Source of the DNA: Patescibacteria group bacterium | GTDB taxonomy: Bacteria > Bacillota > UBA4882 > JAAYXC01 | Direction: 5' to 3' | Length of the DNA stretch: 64,000 nt | Assembly: GCA_050260175.1 (NCBI GenBank) | Contig: JBLNBS010000053.1 | Location: 9,815 to 73,814 of the forward strand | Shown: piece after piece, positions 49,721 to 59,331 of the stretch | How positions within the stretch are numbered: position 1 is the stretch's first letter | How the letters are laid out: each line of letters begins with the position of its first letter | Made by a program: the position numbers and the translations under genes | The notes under the pieces: model-generated | Databases searched by the model: none | The model's input: the letters and a program-made list of their open reading frames with translations, nothing else | What the model was told of the DNA's origin: nothing

Positions 49721-50597
49721 AACCTTCCTCTATTTCCTGCGTGAGGCGGGTAGGGGTTTGGGCCGAAACGGGCTCATGGCCCTGGCGGCCGCGTCCACGA
49801 TTCTCATCTCCCTTTTGATCATGGGGATCTTCATGATCCTCGTCACAAACCTGAACTACCTGGTGGAGAGGGCCAAGTCCGAGATCCAGCTCAGGATCTT
49901 TCTCTCCCCGGATACTTCGGTCGAAGAGGCCATGGGGCTGCGCGAGGAGATCGCGGGCTACCGGCGGCAGGGTGTGCGCCGGGTGAGGTTCGTCTCCAAG
50001 GAGGAGGCGGCCGCCCAGGTCGAGCGCACCTGGGATGTGCCAAAGCTCTTTTCCGGCCTGGGCGACAACCCGCTCCCCGATGCGCTCGTGGTGCAGCTTG
50101 ACAGGGGGGCGAGGATCGACAGCCTGATCAAAAAGTTGAACGCCCTGCCCGGGGTGGAGGAGGTCGTTTACCGCGACTTCATCCGCACCCTGGTCCTGGT
50201 GGCCCAGGTCTGCTGGGTGATCGGTGTCTCCCTCATCCTCGTGGTCTCGCTGGGCGTGCTCTACATCGTCGTCAATACCATCCGGCTGACTGTTTTTGCC
50301 AGGCGGCGCGAGATCGAGATCATGAAACTGGTCGGGGCGACCAACTGGTTTATACGCTGGCCATTCATTCTCGAGGGTTTGCTCTTGGGCCTGATCGGCG
50401 CATGCCTTGGCACAGCCGTGCTTTCCAAAGGGTATTACTTCCTCTTCAAATCAGTGCATCAGTTGGGGGTCATTCCCCTCGCCCCCGAGATGCGCGTCAA
50501 CGACCAGTTGCTCCTGACCATCTTCCCGGCGGGCGTCTTCTTTGGCCTGGCCGGGAGCCTGCTCTCCGTCAAGAAGTTCCTCCGCGAATATGCTTGA
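49710..50597 (+). CDS. ftsX: Cell-division permease-like protein FtsX (proposed TTG start overlapping the ftsE stop)
   Basis: (M)RGRTFLYFLREAGRGLGRNGLMA matches the canonical FtsX N-terminus. Four TM helices. The tool's start at 49656 would add an Arg-rich extension. Confidence 0.8.
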   Translation: MRGRTFLYFLREAGRGLGRNGLMALAAASTILISLLIMGIFMILVTNLNYLVERAKSEIQLRIFLSPDTSVEEAMGLREEIAGYRRQGVRRVRFVSKEEAAAQVERTWDVPKLFSGLGDNPLPDALVVQLDRGARIDSLIKKLNALPGVEEVVYRDFIRTLVLVAQVCWVIGVSLILVVSLGVLYIVVNTIRLTVFARRREIEIMKLVGATNWFIRWPFILEGLLLGLIGACLGTAVLSKGYYFLFKSVHQLGVIPLAPEMRVNDQLLLTIFPAGVFFGLAGSLLSVKKFLREYA

Positions 50598-50778
50598 TTC
50601 CTTATGTTCCCATGCCAAAGAGGCGCCGGCTGTATAAACTCCGGGGGTCTACTTGCGGGGAGGAGCCAATATTAATGACCGGGAATACGGTGCATCCCAC
50701 CGTCCGCGGCCCGCTTGCCATCCCGGCAGGACAACGCCGCGCCGGTTTTTGGGCCGCGCGCGGCCAAAGGGGGGCAGC

Positions 50779-52008
50779 ATGCTGAGGCGACATGGTCGGC
50801 GTTACCTGGTCCCCATTATCCTGCTCATCCTGACCTGCACGGCGATCGTCCTGATCGGCGCCGGCCGGCGATACAACCAGTTGGACCAGGCCATCCAAGT
50901 CCTGGCCCAGGTCAAACTCCGTTTCGTGGAACGCGTCTCGGCCGTGGATCTGTTCCGATCCTACCTGCGAACGGGCACCATCGACGGCATGCTCTCCGCC
51001 CTGCACGATCCCTACACGCGTTATCTGACCCCCCCCGAATACCGCGAGCTGCGCTCGCAGACCCAGGGCACCATGGGGGGCGTGGGTATCACCCTGAACA
51101 CGCAGGGCAAGTCCCTCGTGATCATGAAGGCGCTCAAGGGTTCCCCCGGAGAGGCAGCCGGCCTGCGCCGGGGTGACCGCATCATCAAGGTCAACGGCAG
51201 GCAGACGAGCAAGATGACCGTGGAGGAAGCGGTGGCCGCCATCAGGGGCCCCGCCGGGACATACGTGCGCCTGACCATCAGCCGCGGCGCGGGCAACGCG
51301 GCGCACCTTTTTGAGGTCAGGATCAAACGCGCCAACATCAGGCTGCCCAGCGTGGAATGGGAAATGGTGGAAGATTCCGAGGCCGGGCGGATCGAGATCA
51401 TCACCTTGTCGCAGTTCGCCGAACGGACCGCGGCCGAGCTCGAGGATGCCTTGCGGGATGCGGAGCGGAACGCCGTGCGCGGCCTGATCCTCGATCTGCG
51501 TTACAATCCCGGCGGCCTGTTGGATTCCGCCGTCTACGTGGCGGGCAAGTTCCTGGACGGAGGGGTGGTTCTGTACATGGTCAGGCGCGACGGGGATCGC
51601 AAGCCCTTTTACGCGCCCAAAAACCGCCTCCGGCGCTACCCGCTGGTCGTTCTCGTCAACGAGTGGTCCGCCAGCGCCTCGGAGATTGTAGCCGGCGCGC
51701 TCAAGGACCGGCACGCGGCGACGCTCGTCGGCACGAGGACATTCGGCAAGGGGGTCGTGCAGGAGATCGTGCCCATCAGCGGCGGTGCGGCCCTGTCCGT
51801 GACCATCGCCAAGTACCTGACGGCCGGCGGACGCTCCATCAACAAGGTCGGCGTGGAGCCCGACGTTGTGGTGGATCTCCCGGGAGCCATGGCGCGCGCG
51901 CTCAAGGAGGGCAGGCTGGAAGATCTGCAGCGTCTCGAGCGCCTCCAGCGCGAGCGGGCGATCGCGATCCTCCGCGCGCGGCTTGTGCGGGCCAAGACAG
52001 CTTCCTGA
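50779..52008 (+). CDS. Carboxyl-terminal processing protease (S41, CtpA-like)
   Basis: N-terminal TM helix, PDZ domain (GDRIIKVNG), S41 catalytic core (GLILDLRYNPGG, NEWSASASE, TFGKG). ATG 50779 with RBS. Confidence 0.85.
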   Translation: MLRRHGRRYLVPIILLILTCTAIVLIGAGRRYNQLDQAIQVLAQVKLRFVERVSAVDLFRSYLRTGTIDGMLSALHDPYTRYLTPPEYRELRSQTQGTMGGVGITLNTQGKSLVIMKALKGSPGEAAGLRRGDRIIKVNGRQTSKMTVEEAVAAIRGPAGTYVRLTISRGAGNAAHLFEVRIKRANIRLPSVEWEMVEDSEAGRIEIITLSQFAERTAAELEDALRDAERNAVRGLILDLRYNPGGLLDSAVYVAGKFLDGGVVLYMVRRDGDRKPFYAPKNRLRRYPLVVLVNEWSASASEIVAGALKDRHAATLVGTRTFGKGVVQEIVPISGGAALSVTIAKYLTAGGRSINKVGVEPDVVVDLPGAMARALKEGRLEDLQRLERLQRERAIAILRARLVRAKTAS

Positions 52009-52028
52009 GCAGTGGGGGTTATTGCTGG

Positions 52029-53246
52029 ATGAGTTTCTTTGCCACCGTGGCCCGCCTTGTCTTTGACGCGCTGCCGTTGGCCGTCATCCGCTCCCTAGTC
52101 TTCCTCGTCATCGTCTCGTTCCTCATCTCCCGCCGCCGCGCCGTGGAAAAGCGCATCCTCGGCCAGTGCCGGACACCCTTCTGGCGGGAGGTGGCCGGCA
52201 GCGCGATCGCAGGGATCCTCGCGGGCTACCTCGGGAGCTTCATCCTGCTTTTTCTAGGCATCTCCATCAATCCCCACGGTTTCATCTACGTCCTGTTCCT
52301 GGCGTTGCTCCTCACCCTCCTCGACCTGCGCTACCTCTGTCTTTCCTATGCCGGGGGATTGCTCGCCCTCGTCTCCCTGGCCACCGGCGTGCCAAAGATA
52401 CACGTCACCGGGCTGATGGCGCTGATCGGCGTCCTGCACGTCACGGAGAGCGTCCTGATCCTTTTGGACGGAGATCAACAGGCCCTGCCCGTTTATCTCC
52501 GCCGCCCGGAGGGGACCGTGGGAGGCTATCTCCTGCAGCGGATCTGGCCCGTGCCCCTCCTTTTGCTCACGATGATCGACGGTACCGGCATCACGGGCAA
52601 GACGTACGCCACCCCGGGCTGGTGGCCGCTGATCGCGGCCACTCTGGCCGGCGTACCCCCGGGGGTCCTGGTTGGGATCTACATCCCGGCGGCCGCCGCA
52701 CTGGGTTACGGCGATCTGGCGTTGACCGGCAGCCCCAGGGCAAAGGCCCTAAGAACGTCCGGGCTGCTCGCTCTCTACAGCGTCACGCTCATGGCGCTGG
52801 CGGTGGCCGCCGGCAGATATCCCGCCCTCGCCTGGGCCGCGGCGCTCTTTTCCCCCGCCGGCCACGAACTGGTTCTCTACCTTTCTCGCCGCATGGAGCT
52901 GTATGGCAAGCCGGCCTTTGGCAGCCATCCCGCGGGCGTGACGATCCTGGCGGTCATGCCCGGCTCGCGGGCGGCCGGGGCGGGGTTGCGCGCGGGGCAG
53001 GTCATCACCGCCGTCAACGGCCGCCAGGTCAGGTCCAAAGGCGAGCTCGTGGCCGCGCTCGACGAGGCTGCCGTGCTCGCCGAGATCACCACCTTGCCGC
53101 CGGCCGGGGGGCCCGAACGACGCCATGAAATGCGCGGCGGCGCGAACAGGTTGGGCATCATTCCCGCCCCGGACCCGGATGAGCCGGCCCAGGTCGATGT
53201 GGGTCCCTGGCACTTTTTGCCAAGACAGAGAACCATCCCGCCATGA
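52029..53246 (+). CDS. Polytopic membrane protein with a C-terminal PDZ domain
   Basis: Eight or more TM helices followed by GVTILAVMPGSRAAGAGLRAGQVITAVNGRQV. The tool ORF 51357-53246 merges it with an artefactual upstream extension. Confidence 0.6.
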   Translation: MSFFATVARLVFDALPLAVIRSLVFLVIVSFLISRRRAVEKRILGQCRTPFWREVAGSAIAGILAGYLGSFILLFLGISINPHGFIYVLFLALLLTLLDLRYLCLSYAGGLLALVSLATGVPKIHVTGLMALIGVLHVTESVLILLDGDQQALPVYLRRPEGTVGGYLLQRIWPVPLLLLTMIDGTGITGKTYATPGWWPLIAATLAGVPPGVLVGIYIPAAAALGYGDLALTGSPRAKALRTSGLLALYSVTLMALAVAAGRYPALAWAAALFSPAGHELVLYLSRRMELYGKPAFGSHPAGVTILAVMPGSRAAGAGLRAGQVITAVNGRQVRSKGELVAALDEAAVLAEITTLPPAGGPERRHEMRGGANRLGIIPAPDPDEPAQVDVGPWHFLPRQRTIPP

Positions 53247-54457
53247 ACCCGATGAACCGCGAAACGCGGCATCTCTTGGCCCTCTATCTGATCTTTCTCC
53301 TCTTTCTCTCCGCCACGGGCGTGCAGGATCGCCCGGTCGCGGCCGGCGGCGGGGTGCTGCGGCGGCATGTGTCGCCGGCTCCCCGATTGGCGCCGGCGCT
53401 GGGCGATGCCCTCCGGCGGCGCGGATTCGTCATGATCAGGCGGCCTTACAGCCTGTTCCCCACGGCACGGCACAGGAACACATCATCCTCTATCACCTGG
53501 CGTCTCGAGACGCCGGAGGGCCGTGCGGCGGCGCGCCTGCAAGAAGCCGCAACGGCGCTGGCCCTGCTGGCGCGGCGGCACGGTGCCGCCCTCCTCGGAT
53601 CGGCGTGGGAGTACCGCGGCAGGGACATCTACCTCATGCTACACTTTGGTGGAGAGGAAGGAGAGAACTGCCTCCTTGCGTTGGCCGCGAGCCCGCCCGC
53701 GCGCGGCCCGGCGGCCGCCAGGCCGAAGGCTGTCCTGCCCGCCCTGAAGCCTCCCCGGCCGCAACCGGCGCGCAGGCGCGCAAAACCCGGGCCATCGCGG
53801 CCGCGCGTGGCCATCGTGCTCGACGACGTGGGCACGCTGCCGGGGACGGAGGAGTTCTTTGCCCTTGACATACCGCTGACCGTGGCCATTCTCCCCTTTA
53901 CGCGCTACGCCCATGCTTATACCGGGCGGGCAAGAGCCGCCGGGCACGATGTCATCCTGCATCTGCCCCTGGAGGCGCGCGGGGGGGACGACCCGGGGCC
54001 GGGCGTGCTCCGCGGGGATTGGCCGGACGAGCGCATCGTCGCCCAGTTCGAGGCCGATCTGGCCGCCGTGCCCGGAGCGGTGGGGGTCAACAACCACATG
54101 GGTTCGCTCGGCACCGCGGATGAGGACCTGATGCGGCTCATCCTGGCCGTGCTCAAGCAAAGGGGCCTCTTCTTTCTCGACAGCCGCACCTGGCCCGGCT
54201 CGCAAGCCGGCAGGCTTGCCCGCCAGGCCGGCCTTGACTGCGCCGAGCGCGACGTCTTTCTCGATCCGGAGGGCGCGACGGTAGCTGAGATTCACGGCCT
54301 GCTGCGCCAGCTGATCCGCATGGCGCATGCGCGCGGACGCGCGGTGGGCATCTGCCACGCCAACCGCCCCAACACCCTGAAAGCCCTGCGGACCTTCCTG
54401 CCCGAGTTCGCCGCGGCCGGCGTGGAACTCGTCACCCTCACCGGGTTCTTTCACTGA
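53243..54457 (+). CDS. Divergent polysaccharide deacetylase (YibQ-like)
   Basis: ATGA overlap with the PDZ gene. N-terminal TM helix. VAIVLDDVG, NNHMGS and GICHAN motifs. Confidence 0.8.
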   Translation: MNPMNRETRHLLALYLIFLLFLSATGVQDRPVAAGGGVLRRHVSPAPRLAPALGDALRRRGFVMIRRPYSLFPTARHRNTSSSITWRLETPEGRAAARLQEAATALALLARRHGAALLGSAWEYRGRDIYLMLHFGGEEGENCLLALAASPPARGPAAARPKAVLPALKPPRPQPARRRAKPGPSRPRVAIVLDDVGTLPGTEEFFALDIPLTVAILPFTRYAHAYTGRARAAGHDVILHLPLEARGGDDPGPGVLRGDWPDERIVAQFEADLAAVPGAVGVNNHMGSLGTADEDLMRLILAVLKQRGLFFLDSRTWPGSQAGRLARQAGLDCAERDVFLDPEGATVAEIHGLLRQLIRMAHARGRAVGICHANRPNTLKALRTFLPEFAAAGVELVTLTGFFH

Positions 54458-54666
54458 TACCCCGTATAGACATACAAGCGATCCTTTCCCGCGCGAAAAA
54501 GAACGCAACTACAAATCTGTTCTTGCCGCGGCTTTGCATGAGCCATCTTCACGCCGGGCAAAGCGATATACCCTCGCCCCTCCGTGCCATAAGCCCCCTG
54601 CGCGCTGAATCCGGCCGGATGCGCCGGACGAACGGGATGCATATGGTAGTTTTGGAGGGGTTTGAG

Positions 54667-54996
54667 ATGGCCGCCCGTGAACCCGAGTATGCTCCCTTCG
54701 ATCCATCCATGCTGCTGGACCAGGGCCTGGATACCCTCCTGGCCGTGCTCCTCTTGAGCAAAAGGTTGCACGTGGAGGATTTTTCCCTGGCAGGGTCTAG
54801 GCATGCCAAGATCGAGGTGAGCGGCGAGGCCATTGAATACGGCCTGGCATCCCTCGTGCAGATTCTCACCCTGATGCCTCCGGACGGGGGGGGGAGGGAA
54901 CGGAGCGAACAGCAGGAGACCGCGGCCGGGACTTCTTTCTGGCAGAGCCTGAAGGATTTCGTCCTGCCGCCGATCAAACCGCCGCACAAGAGATAG
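54667..54996 (+). CDS. Hypothetical small protein (109 aa)
   Basis: RBS GGAGGGG 6 nt before the ATG. The tool's N-terminal extension lies in lower-GC leader. Confidence 0.45.
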   Translation: MAAREPEYAPFDPSMLLDQGLDTLLAVLLLSKRLHVEDFSLAGSRHAKIEVSGEAIEYGLASLVQILTLMPPDGGGRERSEQQETAAGTSFWQSLKDFVLPPIKPPHKR

Positions 54997-55100
54997 CCTC
55001 GCGAAGAAAACACCCGTCATGCCTCGGTAGCTTTTGCATATCGCCATGAACGGCCGCGCATGATTCAGGATGGCCCGTGACAGGAGGGGTATCCTGTGTT

Positions 55101-55123
55101 ATTATTTAACATAGTAAAATAAT
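55101..55123 (+). promoter_or_regulatory. Candidate MarR operator: ATTATTTAAC ata GTAAAATAAT (imperfect inverted repeat) within an AT-rich promoter
   Basis: Overlaps the first in-frame ATG (55122). RBS TGAGGTG precedes the second ATG (55134). Confidence 0.35.
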
Positions 55124-55133
55124 GAGGTGCAAG

Positions 55134-55661
55134 ATGAACTCACGCCAAGATCAAAGGATCATCTGGCTCTTCGCCCGGGCGGTCGACCTGCTCCTCGCGG
55201 CGGCGCCGGGCGATCTATCCCTTTCACCGGTGCAATACTTTACCCTGCGCTTCATCGGCCTGCACGAGGAACCGACGCCGGGAGCCCTGGCGGAGGCGCT
55301 GAACGTCAGCAATGCCGCGGCCACCAAGCTCATCGACCGCCTGGTCCGCAAGGGCCTGGTCGGCAGGACGGCCGGCACGGCCGACCGCCGGGAAAAAAAG
55401 CTTACCCTGACGCGCGAGGGGGAGAGACTGCTGGCCGCGGCCGATGCCGGCCGCGAGGAAGCGCTGGGCCGCGTTCTTGCCCGCCTGACAGAACGCGAGC
55501 GGGAGGATTTGCACCGTGCGTTGGATTCTTTCCTCGCGGCCGCCCTGCATGATCCGGGAGCGTTGAAAAAGATCTGCCTCTACTGCGGCAGGCTGCACGA
55601 ACCGGCCTGCCCCGGGGAGCAGCTCTACCGGCGTCTGGGAGGCCCGCCCAGGCAGGTTTGA
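55134..55661 (+). CDS. MarR-family transcriptional regulator with a Cys-rich C-terminal tail (CLYCGRLHEPACPGE)
   Basis: Winged-helix core (ALAEALNVSNAAATKLIDRLVRKGLV). C-terminal Cx2C...Cx6C not typical of MarR. Confidence 0.8.
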   Translation: MNSRQDQRIIWLFARAVDLLLAAAPGDLSLSPVQYFTLRFIGLHEEPTPGALAEALNVSNAAATKLIDRLVRKGLVGRTAGTADRREKKLTLTREGERLLAAADAGREEALGRVLARLTEREREDLHRALDSFLAAALHDPGALKKICLYCGRLHEPACPGEQLYRRLGGPPRQV

Positions 55662-55758
55662 GCCGGAAACCGCCTGAGTCCCCACGATCATGGCCGGTGC
55701 ATTGTCTCGTGACCCCCTGGCATACAGGGTAAAGATAAAAAAAAGGAGTCGATCGAGC

Positions 55759-56292
55759 ATGGATCTCAAGGGCAGCAGGACCGAAGCCAATCTGCGGCAG
55801 GCATTCGCCGGCGAGTCGCAGGCCAGGAACAGGTATACCTATTTTGCCGGCGCGGCCAGGAAAGAAGGGTTTGAGCAGATCGCCGGGGTATTTTTGGAAA
55901 CCGCGGACAACGAGAAGGAACACGCCAAGGTGGTCCTGAAATTCCTGGGCGGCATCGGCGACACCGCCGCCAACCTCGCGGAGGCCGCGGCCGGGGAAAA
56001 GCAGGAATGGACCGCCATGTACAAGGATTTCGAACGCATGGCCCGCGAGGAAGGATTTCACGAGATCGCGGCTTTCTTTCACGGCGTGGCCTCCGTCGAG
56101 GCGGAGCACGAGGCCCGCTACCGCGAGCTGTTGCGCCGGGTCGAGGAGGGCACCGTCTTTAGCCGCGCCGAGGAAAAAAAGTGGCACTGCCGTAACTGCG
56201 GCTACGTGCATGCCGGCAAGGAGCCGCCGGAGAAATGCCCGGTTTGCGCCCACCCCAGGGCTTTCTTCGAACCGCGCGGGGAAGCTCTCTGA
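55759..56292 (+). CDS. Rubrerythrin (ferritin-like diiron domain plus C-terminal rubredoxin-like CxxC...CxxC)
   Basis: RBS AAGGAG. EANLRQAFAGESQARNRY, the EKEHAK motif, and C-terminal CRNCGY...CPVCAHP. Confidence 0.9.
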   Translation: MDLKGSRTEANLRQAFAGESQARNRYTYFAGAARKEGFEQIAGVFLETADNEKEHAKVVLKFLGGIGDTAANLAEAAAGEKQEWTAMYKDFERMAREEGFHEIAAFFHGVASVEAEHEARYRELLRRVEEGTVFSRAEEKKWHCRNCGYVHAGKEPPEKCPVCAHPRAFFEPRGEAL

Positions 56293-56313
56293 TCTTGGAA
56301 AGGGTGTTGGACG

Positions 56314-56649
56314 ATGAAGAAATGGCGCTGCGGTGTCTGCGGGTACGTCCATGACGGCGACGCCCCTCCCGACCGCTGTCCCAAGTGCGGGGCGGCAAAG
56401 GAGATGTTCGCCGAGCTCCAGGCGGAGGCGGCGGCCCTCTTGGCGCGGGCCAGGTTCGCCAACTCCCTCCACATGCGGCTCCACGCGCTCATGAACGAGG
56501 TGGGCGAGATCGGCCGGCAGGGTGTGGAGGATAACCTGGATCCCGGCTGCGCGGCTCTATTCAAAAACGCGCTCGAGCACGCCGCCGTGATCCAGGGCAT
56601 GATCAAGGCCGAGATCGCGGGCCACCAGGGCAAGGGGAAATGGGGATGA
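56314..56649 (+). CDS. Rubredoxin-like zinc-ribbon protein with a helical C-terminal domain
   Basis: WRCGVCGYVHDG...RCPKCGA followed by an approximately 70-aa helical region. Confidence 0.55.
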   Translation: MKKWRCGVCGYVHDGDAPPDRCPKCGAAKEMFAELQAEAAALLARARFANSLHMRLHALMNEVGEIGRQGVEDNLDPGCAALFKNALEHAAVIQGMIKAEIAGHQGKGKWG

Positions 56650-57638
56650 GCGAGAAAAGATACGTTCTGGAGACGGGCGATTTCGACGGAGAGGCCACGG
56701 TGGGGCTGGCGGATCGGGCTGCCGGCCTCACCGCCGTCATCGTGCCGGGCGTGGGGAGCAACCTGATCTCGTTTCGCGATACGGCGGGCGGGGTCGAGTA
56801 TCTGCACAAGCCCCGTGCCCTGGCGGAACTCATCTCAGCGCCCGTGGGCTACGGCAATCCCGTGCTGCTGCCGCCCAACCGCATCCGGCATGGGCGTTTC
56901 ACTTACGCCGGCGCGGCCTACGACCTGCCGATCAACAGCCCGCCGCATCACATCCACGGCCTGGTTCACAGCCTCCCCTGGCGCGTCGGCGGCCGGGGGG
57001 CGAGTGAAGCCGAGGGGGCGTGGGTGCGCACGATCATGGCCGGCCGCGAGCACCCCGGCTTTAGCCGGGTCTTTCCCCACGACTTCAGCCTGGCCCTCAC
57101 CTTCAGGCTGCGCGGGGGGACCCTCTCCATCCTGGCCGAAGCGGAAAACGGGGGCCCGGGGCCTTTTCCCTTCGGTCTGGGGTACCACACCTATTTCCGC
57201 CTGCCGATCTCGGATGGGGCGGTAAAGGAGGATTACCGCCTGAGCCTGCCCGCGGCGGCCAGATGGGAATTGGAGGAGCGTTTTCCCACCGGCCGCCTGC
57301 TGCCCCTGTCCGGCACGGACCGGCTCGAGGCCAGCCCCGTCGCGGATCTCGGGCTGGATGACATCTATACCGATCTGGCGCCTGGCGCGGCTGAGATCGC
57401 GGCCCGGCTGTGGCACGGCAAATCCGGCCGCGGCGTGGAATTCGCCTCGGATCGCTCCTTTATGCACTGGGTGGTCTGGAGCGGCCCCGGGCCCGGCGCC
57501 CCATACATCTGTCTCGAACCCTACACCTGCCTCACCGACGCGCCCAACCTGCCGCTCCCCCGGGAGCGGACCGGGCTTTTGGATCTGGCCCCAGGCGGGA
57601 CCTGGCGGGGGTGGATCGAGTTCCGGCCCTTGCGATGA
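56640..57638 (+). CDS. Aldose 1-epimerase (mutarotase) family protein
   Basis: HHIHGLVHSLPW and GLGYHTYF motifs of galactose-mutarotase-like proteins. Overlaps the upstream gene by 10 nt. Confidence 0.8.
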   Translation: MGMSEKRYVLETGDFDGEATVGLADRAAGLTAVIVPGVGSNLISFRDTAGGVEYLHKPRALAELISAPVGYGNPVLLPPNRIRHGRFTYAGAAYDLPINSPPHHIHGLVHSLPWRVGGRGASEAEGAWVRTIMAGREHPGFSRVFPHDFSLALTFRLRGGTLSILAEAENGGPGPFPFGLGYHTYFRLPISDGAVKEDYRLSLPAAARWELEERFPTGRLLPLSGTDRLEASPVADLGLDDIYTDLAPGAAEIAARLWHGKSGRGVEFASDRSFMHWVVWSGPGPGAPYICLEPYTCLTDAPNLPLPRERTGLLDLAPGGTWRGWIEFRPLR

Positions 57639-57820
57639 CGGTTCTAAAACCGATGCCTGTACGAAGGCGGCGCGCCAGTTCCAGCCGGAGTCGCCGCATC
57701 CCTCCGGCGGCCTGTTCTTGCCGCGGTCCACGGCTCCTAAGCCCGCGGCGGGAAGTCAGGAGACGGATGCGGCACCCAAGAACGACAACCCGATGCAATT
57801 CTGTAAGGGGGCAGACCAGC

Positions 57821-58552
57821 GTGTGGGAGGCGGAATCAGCCCTGGCGGGGCTCGTGGCGTGGCTGGGGGATCAGGTACGCCAGGCGGGCAGGGAGGGCGT
57901 GGTCTTTGGCATGAGCGGCGGGCTGGACTCCGCCGTGGTGGCCGGGCTTTGCCGGAGGTGCTTCGCGGATCGCGCCCGGGGGCTTTTTCTGGATTGCGAG
58001 AGCGATCCGGCGGATCTGGCGGACGCGGAGGCAGCGGCCGAGGCGGTCGGGCTCCCGCTTTTGCGCCTCGACCTGACGCAGGTTTACCGGGGCCTCCTGC
58101 AGGCGGCCTTCGGCCCCGACGCCTGGGCCCTGCCCCGCGTCGTCACGGCCAACGTCAAATCGCGCCTGCGCATGGTCACGCTTTATGCCTGGGCCAACAA
58201 GTTGAACTACCTGGTGGTGGGCACGGGCAACCTGGACGAGCTTACCGTGGGCTATTTCACGAAATACGGCGACAGCGGGGTCGATCTCCTGCCCCTGGGC
58301 GCGCTCACCAAGGGGAGGGTGCGCGAGTTGGGCAGGGCGCTCGGCCTGCCCGCCAGGGTGCTCGACAAGCCGCCCTCGGCCGGGCTCTGGCCCGGCCAGA
58401 CCGACGAGCGCGAACTGGGCCTGTCGTACGAGACCATCGACCGCTACCTCCTCGGGGCCGAGGTCGAACCAGAGGCCGCCGCCCGCATCGAGCGGCTCAG
58501 GCAGGCGAGCGGGCACAAACGCGCGATGCCGCCGATCGCGCCGCTCGCATGA
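57821..58552 (+). CDS. nadE: NH3-dependent NAD+ synthetase NadE (proposed GTG start)
   Basis: AAGGGGG 8 nt before GTG 57821. LVAWLGDQVRQAGREGVVFGMSGGLDSAVVAGL is the NadE PP-loop. The tool's start at 57410 adds about 137 Arg/Pro-rich residues. Confidence 0.85.
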   Translation: MWEAESALAGLVAWLGDQVRQAGREGVVFGMSGGLDSAVVAGLCRRCFADRARGLFLDCESDPADLADAEAAAEAVGLPLLRLDLTQVYRGLLQAAFGPDAWALPRVVTANVKSRLRMVTLYAWANKLNYLVVGTGNLDELTVGYFTKYGDSGVDLLPLGALTKGRVRELGRALGLPARVLDKPPSAGLWPGQTDERELGLSYETIDRYLLGAEVEPEAAARIERLRQASGHKRAMPPIAPLA

Positions 58553-59331
58553 AACAAGCCGTCTTGCCAAAGCTGGCCCGCGCCGCCGGGCCGCCGGCCG
58601 TGCCCCTCGTTCTCCTCGCGGCCTGGGCCATCGCGGCCGGGCGTGCCGGGGACGCCTTCCTCCTGCCGGGGCCGGCGGATGTCTGGCGGGCCCTGCTGGA
58701 ACTCGCGCGGAGCGGCCGCCTGGCCGGGGGGCTCCTGCTCAGCCTGGCCCGGGTCTGCGCGGGTTTCCTCCTGGCCGCGGCTTGCGGCGTGCCTCTGGGA
58801 ATCCTGGCCGGCAGATCGGCCTGGTTCACCCGGGCCAGCCGCGGCACGCTGGATTTTTTCCGCCAGGTGCCCGCGGTGGCGCTGGTGCCGCTCTTCATCC
58901 TCTGGTTCGGCCTTGGCGAAGCATCCAAGTTGGTGGTGATCTTCTACGCCTCGTTCTTCCCGGTCTTCCTCGCGGCGGAACTCGGCGCGGAGCAGGCCGA
59001 TCCCCTGCTCGTCGAGGCCGGCCGGCTGTATTTGCGCAAGCCCGGGGCGGTTTTGCGCCGTGTGATCCTGCCCTCCGCCCTGCCCGCTCTCATGACAGGG
59101 CTCAGGCTGGGCGTGGGTTACGGCTGGCGATCCCTGGTGGTCGCGGAGATGCTGGCCGCCGCCAGGGGTCTGGGAGCCCTGATCGTCGAGGCGCGCGGGT
59201 TCGGCCGGACCGACGCTATGCTGGCCGGCGTGCTCTGCATCGGCGCGGCGGGTATCCTGCTCGACCGGGCGCTCTCGGCTGCGGAGAGGGCCGTGCCCTG
59301 GGCCCGGCGGCAGGAGGCAAGCCGTGGTTAG
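58549..59331 (+). CDS. ABC transporter permease, NitT/TauT (SsuC/TauC) family
   Basis: ATGA overlap with the nadE stop codon. Six TM helices and an EAA-like loop. Confidence 0.85.
   Translation: MKQAVLPKLARAAGPPAVPLVLLAAWAIAAGRAGDAFLLPGPADVWRALLELARSGRLAGGLLLSLARVCAGFLLAAACGVPLGILAGRSAWFTRASRGTLDFFRQVPAVALVPLFILWFGLGEASKLVVIFYASFFPVFLAAELGAEQADPLLVEAGRLYLRKPGAVLRRVILPSALPALMTGLRLGVGYGWRSLVVAEMLAAARGLGALIVEARGFGRTDAMLAGVLCIGAAGILLDRALSAAERAVPWARRQEASRG

Noticed and set aside
51357-52028. 224-aa N-terminal extension of the PDZ membrane protein (tool ORF 51357-53246)
   Set aside because: It overlaps the CtpA gene in another frame, has Arg/Gly-rich composition, and the real start ATG 52029 follows the ctpA stop.
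57410-57820. 137-aa N-terminal extension of NadE, and the 57358-59331 ORF merging it with the permease frame
   Set aside because: The extension is Arg/Pro-rich. A GTG with an AAGGGGG RBS sits exactly where NadE homologues begin.
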